Below the pieces are notes generated by a model. It made no database searches and was not told the DNA's origin. It worked only from the letters and a program-made list of their open reading frames with translations. A program made the position numbers and the translations under genes. Positions 1-9,000 of a stretch of DNA of 64,000 nt are shown piece by piece. Source of the DNA: Andalucia godoyi And28 (lineage: Eukaryota; Protista; Jakobida); contig VRVR01000036.1 in assembly GCA_009859145.1 (NCBI GenBank), positions 29,383 to 93,382 on the forward strand. The letters are read 5' to 3'. The stretch's first letter is position 1. Every line of letters starts with the position of its first letter.

Positions 1-3000
1 CGTGGGCTCTCTGAGAAATCGCTAAAAACAATTCTAGCATCTTCTAACCGCGAGCGAATAACACCAGCGACGATCTCCACGAACGGGTGCTTATTCATGG
101 AGATGTGGTCTCCCTCAACCTCGATGACCTCCAAGCCGTTCTCAAAATATGGTGTCCAGGCCTCGAATGGGCGCAGTGCATCCATTGAGCGACGCACTTT
201 CGCAAATATGAATGTTCCGCGCCCCCCATAGTTCTGCGGAATATACGAAAACATCGCATCCACGTTCGAAACGAAACAATCAATGTACTTTCCGAAGATT
301 TCCGAGGAAACGTTAAGAGGAAATTCTCCACGTGATTGCCCTGCTCGAAGGATTGCTGCTTTCCTTTCTTCCTTCGACATGCTTTGCAGTCTTTCTTCGC
401 CGATTCCAGTCGCCTCTCCCCACAGGTAACTCAACACTTCAACATCATTTGTAATGCGATCTGGCATCTGATGTCCGCCAGGCGTATCAATCATGATTAA
501 GGAGGAAACAGACTGTGCGCCAATCATGCAGGCCATTTCAAAACACAACATTCCTCCGAAGGACGAACCTGCAAGGTGATAAGGGCCCGAGTAGCCTGCG
601 TCTGATGCTTCCTTCAAATACCTTTCGCACATTCCCCTGACACAAACGTCAAATTTTGCAGAAGTGCCAGCGAGGCCAAAGGATTCGAAAGAAACGACTG
701 TCCGTTCGGGTCCAAGAGCGGATACAAGAGGAACGTAGAACGCAGTCGTTCCTCCAACGGGGTGGAGTAAGAAGAGTGGAGACAGTTCTTGATTTGTCCC
801 TAGTTGCATAACGATTAGTGACTTTGGCTCCAGAGTATGAACAGGGGAGACAAAGTACAATCCTGACAAGACCTTCACTGCGAGTTTTCTTGCTGTCGAG
901 TTTTGCACAATCGCACTGATTGGAAGGCGTACTCCATAGGATTGCCGAACTTCTTCGAGAATCTGTAACGCACGAAATGAATCCCCTCCAGATCTGAAAA
1001 AATCTGCAGAGTCATCCACTGCTGTAGTAGTGTATTTCTTGAATATCCCAAGGATACGACTCGTGATGCTGGAGAGGGAAATGTCGACGGACTCCCTTTC
1101 GGAAGCATTGGCAACAACCGTCGAGCATTTTGACTGGACATTGTTCCATGCCACGTTTTCTGATGCCAGCGAATCTTCTGGACGCATGTTCGCGGAAATG
1201 ATTACATGTCTCGGCACATCATTGTAGTGTACGATGACGTATGCCAGCGCATGCACAAACTCTGTTCCTCGCAGCATCTGGTGAGTACCATGCACGCTGC
1301 TGGTTCCACCATTAAGATCTCGGTCTGTTTCAACTCCTCCGATGAAGCAAACAACAGAATCACGACCGGTCACAGAACTAGCCACAGCTGCAGTCCCGAC
1401 GCTGTAAGGACAAAATCCAACTCCGCCTAGGACTGCAGACATCGAAGACGCCACGACGACTTTTTCGAACGCAAAATGGCGAACCAAAGACCCCAGACAA
1501 GGAACTCGAGACTGGATACTCTGCTGTGTATCGTCTATCGATACTTCACGGACAGGAATGCGCGAAACGAGGCCTGAAAAGTACAGCAGCGTGACTGGAC
1601 TCTGAGATGGCAACTGCGACAGAAGACCTCGAATTTCCTCCGCATTCTTCATGTCCAGAGTGACTACATTCACAATGAATCCTTTCGCGACAGTCTCACA
1701 CAAGACACGAAACAGCCGGCGGCGCCAAACCGGAAGCATGGTATCGGATGACAGACAGAGCCACTGCGATGCATGAGGAAAAGGTGAACGAGTCGTGATG
1801 AAGAGAGTCGACACGCATGTCGCCGCTGCAGTGCAAGCTTCAATGACAAAAGAACCGAGGCGGCCGGTGCATCCCACTAGCAGCCAATCTTCGTTGCTGC
1901 TCTGATTGTTGTTGGTGATGGAGCTGGCGGTATCCACAACAGGAAGTGTGACTTTTGGTGGAGACGCTGTGAGACGGAGTGATGATGCGGGAAGCTGAGA
2001 CAGTCGGGACAGTACACGGTACCTTAACGCTGAACCGGCGAATAGCATCTCCCGACACGCCTGCGGAGCAGCTTCGGAAAATAGCGCTTCCGGAAATGGA
2101 GGAAGTAGCAGGGACTGGGCAAACGACGCTTCCATGGAATGTACAACGCACCATGGATGGCCGAGCTCCTGGCAAGCACAACGGAAAAAACACGAGACAG
2201 CAAACTCCCTCCATCGAGAATCATCAGAGAACCCAGCATCGTGACTAAGGTGGCGGGAGTCTCCGAATACCCCACGCCCAAAACATGCATATATCGTAAC
2301 ATCCCATTTGCAACGCAAGAGAACATCCTTCAGCACATCACACACACAAGCCACGTCCTTGAAATCCGCTCTGGACTGATTCTCAAACGATAGACTGAAG
2401 ACAATTTCTACTTTTGATGAACACGCCGCGGTCGAAACGTAGGTCACCAGATTGGCACCCTTTTCAGGAGGTAATATCCATGGAGACGACAATGGGAATA
2501 TAGCTTCCTTGCATAGTCCGGTGGGAGAACAAACGACGACGCCTCCAGGCATATGTTGCTGTCCTGCTTGCTCCAGCCGTTCGGAAAGGCAATCCATGTC
2601 GGTGAATACAACAGTCAGTCGAAACATCGCACGACGACGACCATCACCAGTCACAGCGTGCTCTGGATAGTGTACACTATACAAGCACAGGGAGGGGTCG
2701 ACATCATCAGCACGTCGACTGCAGCCATGAAAGACCATCCGCCTGATCGGCATCTTAGTAGAAGTGGGTTTGAAAGCACCAAATCCCAAGTAATCATTCA
2801 GAAAATGGCTCCATTCCACTTGTGCTCCCCCTACCCATGCACTGCTCAGGAGACGAATAAAGGAATCAAGAGTGCACGGTTCGGAAGGCAGCTCCATGGC
2901 AGACGAAACAGTGCTCACATTCTGATGGTGCTGTTCCGACAACAACACAAGCTGCGCTGTCGTTCCGCATTTTTCTGCAGTGATTCTCCAATGCTGCATG

Positions 3001-6000
3001 ATACTAGGATCATCAAATACAAAAACAATGTTTCTCAAAAACCGTATCATAAGCCCGATCAATTTTGAAGAATCGTCAAGCAAGGCACCTTGATTTCGGA
3101 ATGATGTGACAGCAAATGTACAATGCTCTACGAAGACGTTCCATGCACTGCCACGAACAAAGAGTACAAAATGCACTGACGGAGGGGCACTGGTTTCGCG
3201 GCAAACAACTGGCTCACTGCACACTAACTCTCCTTCAGCTGTCACTCGAACAACCAAAGATCCGCGAATTGGAAGGCACGGATAGTGCATACTCGAGCAG
3301 CATACGCTTTTTAACCAGTCCCAGTCAATCGAAGAATGCTGCTTCCTTTCTTCGTACATATATGCTTGGACCTCTACCAAATACTCTCGAAGGCGCTGTA
3401 GATCCATATGGCTCACAAGAAGAGGGAAGACCCGGCTGTCTTGCACTTGGCAGCCAGCAGGGGAAACGGTCGGTGCACACACCTGACAATCCGATTCAAT
3501 GACAGCATTGTGTGTGGACTGTTTGATAACAACATGACAATTAGTGCCGCCCATGCCGAAAGAACTAACACCTGCAACTCGAGCACCGCTCTTCGGTGGG
3601 TGCCAGGATTGCATCGTACTGTGCATAGACAATACTGCCGCATAAGAAGGATTTCGAAACCCCTCGAAATGCACGCAAGACGGCAGTACTTGGTGTTGCA
3701 TGCACACCAACGTCGAGATTAACCCGCAAACTCCCGCGGCAGCATCCGTGTGCCCAATAAGAGACTTCACAGATCCCAACACGAGCTTGCGATTTCGAGC
3801 ACCAAATACTTCAGAAAGTGCTTTCAGTTCCATTTCATCACCGAGTGCAGTTCCGGTTCCATGACATTCAATGAAGGAAACATTGTCAAACAGCTCCGAA
3901 TCCACTGTGCCAATTTGGTACGCAGATCTCAATAAATCGATTTGTGACTTCACGGAAGGAGCTGCAAAACTCACTTTCTCTGCTCCGTCGTTGTTGACAA
4001 CAGAATTTAGAATCGTCGCTACCGCGCATGTGTTCAATGCTGAACACAAGTCCTCCCTCTGGAGTATCACAACGCCGCAGCCTTCTGACGGAACAGTACC
4101 ACAAGCTGTGTGAGAAAAAGGCCTACATGTTCCATCCGGAGAGAAAATGCTTCCTTCTCGATATCGATATCCTCCAGTGCGGCTCGGATTGTAGTACACA
4201 CCCCCTGCAACCGCAATGTCACAGTCGCCATTCAAGATGGATAACCTTGCATAATGAGTCGCGACTAACGAAGAAGAGCAAGCTGTTTGGATCGTCAATG
4301 CGGGACCATGGAAATCGAAAAAATGGGCAATTCTCGTAGCAAAGAATGTGGAACCGGAGCATGTGAAGCGATGGTATTCCTTCGTCACGTCGACATGCGC
4401 AAGATTTACACTGTCTGTTTCAGAGCTGCTTCCCGTCACCCCGATAAAAATACCGATCTTGAGATGCGATGCTTTAGAAACACGGAAGGGATCAATCGAG
4501 GCATTTTGCAGCGCCATCCACACAGAGTGTATCAGTATTTTCAGTTGTGGATCCAACAAGGAAACGTCGTCGGAAGATAATTGGAGGAACCCTCGATCAA
4601 ATGAGAACTCGAGATTTCCGCCACTGCAGACAAGTTCTCCATCCTGAGCTTTTCCTTGACAACGAGAAATACACGGATCGCAGGATCGGTACCGGTCGAT
4701 GAGATCGTCTGTGGTTCCACACCCAGGCAGTTCTCCCCAGAACCCAACAATAGCAATCGCACTCGCGTTTGCGTTCGTATTCAAAAACACTGGCTTTGCC
4801 TCGACTTGACGACAAGACAATAGTAGCTCGCGACCGTTGCTAGCACTGTCCGCGGGGGGGTATGCGGGGTGACAGCGAAGCCGATCGCATATCATGGCGT
4901 GCTGCGTCTCAATTGTCGGAAACTGCAACAAATCCGTTCTGCTGACCTTGGCTTCTGGAAAGCGATCCCTATAGAGGATGAGCAAGCGTGCCAATAATAT
5001 TGAGCTGCCACCTGCATCAAAAAATCCGACGGACGGTGCATGAACGTCCATAGGCAAAAGAGATCTCCAGCATTCGGTGATCACCTGAAGTATCGCCTGC
5101 AACCGCGACGTCGTGCTCAAGCCTGGAAAGCTTGGAATTTCGGGAAAACGACCAGCCTCCGGACTTACAGACACTCGTTGAAAACTGTGGTGAGAGTCAG
5201 ACGATGGATTCTTTTCAAAAAGACGACCCAGCTGCTTTCGATCAAGCTTTTTGTGTTCCGACACAGGAAAGCTGTCTACAACTCGTATCTGTGAAGGAAT
5301 CATGTAGTGAGGTACTCGCTTTCGAAGGCTGGTCCTAAATTCATGAACATCAAAGGAGTCCCTTGCATTATTTTGAAGGGATACCACAGCAAACAACATG
5401 GTGTTGTGGCCTCGTTGCTCGCAGAAAGCCGCTGCAAACTTGATGTGTTCATGCTTCATCAGCTCGTTTTCCACTTCCTCCAGCGACACACGGAATCCAG
5501 AAATTTTCACCAATCCATCCCGTCGCGAGATCCAATAATACTTTCCATACATAAAGCGACAAATATCGCCGGTTTTGTAAACGACACCTATTCCGGACAA
5601 TTGAACGAACTTGTCTGCAGTAAGAGCGGCATCCCTCCAGTAACCTGCCCCCACAAGAATGCCCGAAACACACAGCTCTCCTGGTATTCCATGAGGAAGA
5701 ATGTTACAACACCGCGAAGCACAGAACAGTAACGCGTTGTCAATGGGTGTGCCAATACCTAAGCACGACCTCAAACCGCTCGCTTCCAAAACATCCTCAT
5801 CCTGAAGAGGGCCTAGGCATGCTGAATAATCCGTCGCCTCCGTTGGCCCATAGACATTGAACACTTTCCCGAACGCATTGATCAGTCGAGAAGCGAGGTC
5901 GGTCTGTAACGCTTCCCCTCCCGCCACGACCGTGGCACTACTATCGCCCCGCCATTTTGCATCTAATATCACTCGAAGCAGCGTTGGGGTGGCTTGAATG

Positions 6001-9000
6001 AAATTTGCTTTCCAAGTCTGGAGCAAATCGACAACAACAAAAGGATCCTGGTTTTGGTGGGGAAGCGAAACAACCACAGTGCCTCCTGCGAATAGAGTGC
6101 CCCATATCTCGACGATGGACATGTCATGCGTAAACGGCGAAAGTGACAGGCATCTCGTGTTGCTGCTCATCTCAAATCTCTTCAAACAGAATTTCATCAA
6201 GTTCAATAGTCCTGCATGCAAAACGACTGGTCCCTTTGGTTGTCCTGTAGAACCGGATGTGAACAACACATATGCAATGTGGCTGTGGGCTCGACGAGGG
6301 TCAGTGAGAGCATTCAAAATCTCCGTGCTATCAATAAAGGATCCATTTTGCAAGTGTCCGTGTTGCAAAAACCTATCAAGAAGAATCAGCTTGCGGAGCT
6401 TCGAAAATGCGGCAGAATCGCGGCAACAGTCGACGGACACCAAGGATAGACACACTTGTGGTTGAAGAAGTTCCAGCAGGTTTTGCAGACGGGAAATTGG
6501 CATCCCTGAATCCAGTATGGAATAAGGAAATCCCGCTAGCCAGCATGCAAACATGCACACGACGCAAAAAGCACTTCGAGGAAGAAAGATGCAGATGGGC
6601 GTGTTTTGTGAGACGTCTAAAGTGGCAGACTCCGCGAGAATCAGATTCGCAACTTCCATCGCCAACGAAGCAAACTGAAAATACGATAGACAGAATGTGC
6701 CATCAGAATTACATACTGCAAATTTGCTTCGCCATTGGCACCCAGCACAGCTTAAATCCAGAATGTGTTTCACGATAGCAGGCGCTCCACGAAACTCTGT
6801 CTCACTCGATTTTTTTGACGCAAAATATTCATAGAAACGCACCTCGTCGTCAAGCAAAAAAGAAAACGGCACCGCTCTAGAGAATCCGAGGTTGACAACT
6901 CGAGAGAGAAAATGGCGAAAACGAACCGGAAGAGATCGTAGGAACTGCACCAGATCAGAATCATTCACGTCGTCCGGAATAAACTTCACCTCTAGGATTA
7001 CTTTTCCATGAGTATACGTGCAAACAAGCTGCATGGGCCACAGAGACGCCTGCACAGGATAAGACGGAACGTTTTCTGCTGACGGAATCCGATCGTCCTC
7101 CGTGATGTAGTTGGCAATAGAGACCGAACGATGAACGCCTGATGGTGCAGATGCTCTGCTCGTCACCAAGGCCGACCCTGCGGCGGCGGCACTGGCACGG
7201 CAGGCTGTAACAATGGTGCGCAGGCTCTCCGAGACATTCATGACAAACATCTTGTCGAAATCGACTGGCTTGCCGTCAACAACCATTGAAACCGTAAGAG
7301 GCATTAACTGAACACAAGTGCCTATCAATGAGGAACACGGTCTGTCTCTGGATCGGAAATCCACCGGCACAGAAAGGACTACTTCATCCAAAGAAAACAT
7401 CTCCCCAATCATGAATGCCCAGGCGGAAAACAGGAAAGTCGCAAAAGTGACACGGAGATCCGTAGAGAACTGTCGCAGAAGAACACTTTCGCTCGCATCA
7501 ACTGTGCATTGCGCAGACTCTCCAACATCATCCGAAAAGCGGCCACGAACAGTTGTGCATTTTGAAATACCTTCTGGAAGAATCGTGATTCCCTCTATCG
7601 CCCGCGCTGTGCGCGCCCACGCAAAATACGATGGTGGGTCAGCAGTTGACGGAGGCGATCCCGGATACCTTGAAATGTAATGGACCATCATTTGCACGAG
7701 GGAGGATAGCCCTCGTGCGTCGGCAATGAGATGATGGCAGCAGCAGACAAGCAACAGAGTCGTTTCGGCGCTGACATCCGAGACTGGAGGATGCAGTCGA
7801 AGAAGCGCAATCCGAATAAGCGGTCTTGATAGAGTTTCGAAAGGTTTCCGGACGAATGCTGATAAAATGTCGCTCTGGGACTGATCAGAAGAGGTAAACC
7901 TGACATACTCCATTACACACCTCTCCGCAAGAACAGCAAATCGTTCCTGGTCCAGAACGTGTGCAACAAACCGTTCTGCATCTTTTTCAAAGATGCAACG
8001 AACGGCATCAGCGCGACTGGAAACGTACAGCAGGGATTGCAGTACCAGCTCACGGCTGGTAGACGGCGCAACAGTGGCCATTTTGAAAAAATTGTACGCC
8101 GTGGAATACGGGAATTCTTCGCAATCCAAAAGGATAGGAAGCTGAAATGAAGAAGGTGGAAATGCGCACGCGGAGTTTTGTGCAGCATGCAACCGCATAC
8201 CATTTCCCGGGTCTATATTGAGCGACGACAGTGACACGTCCTTCTTCCTCGAATCCGAAAGTGATGCATCATAAAGCGCTGGGCGCATGGATAGGACCTG
8301 GTCCGAAAACAGAAACGTCATGGGATGGCAGAACCTAGTACGCACGCGACGGAGCACAGAACACAATTTCATAACGAATTCATTGGCGCTTCCAAATGCC
8401 CCAACAAATTCTGCAGAAGGCAGCCATTCTCGCGCAAATTTTGAGAGCGTGGAACTGCTACCGAGTTCAATGCAAAGCAGAGAATGAGGGACGAAGGAAA
8501 GTCTCTGCATGGCAGCATTAAAATCAACAATTTCTCGGAAATTGCGCCACAAGTATGCAGCTTCCAACGGCCCATGCAATAAATCGCCAGTTACCGAAGA
8601 TATCATCGTGCAGGTGCAAGATGCGGTGGGCCCAAACCGTGTTTCAGGAACGACAATCTCTTCGATGATGTGCTGAAAGTCTGCATGTGCGCTGTCCAAG
8701 AAGCGCGAGTGAAAGGCAGGAAGCTGCGGAAGGATACAGCAAGCAACACCGATCTCGCCAGTCAGAAACGTCAGGAGTGCTTGGACATCTTCCCGCGCAC
8801 CACACACCACAGTCTGACAAGGAGAGTTCTTGCCACAGATATCCACATGCTTCCGGAGAGGAGACGTTTCGCAGGCTTTCTCAAAAACATCTGCAGAACA
8901 AAAGCACGCCATCATCGATGTCTCAACATCTCGCAGACAATGCATGGCGAGCACGGATCGATGAAACACAATGCAAACTGCAGTGTCCAGGGACAGAAAA

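Noticed and set aside
8040-8160. Possible dehydratase after AT1
   Set aside because: There is no HxxxGxxxxP; the segment fits condensation-domain C1/C2 motifs better (PPSSFQ, AYN, RADAVRCIF).
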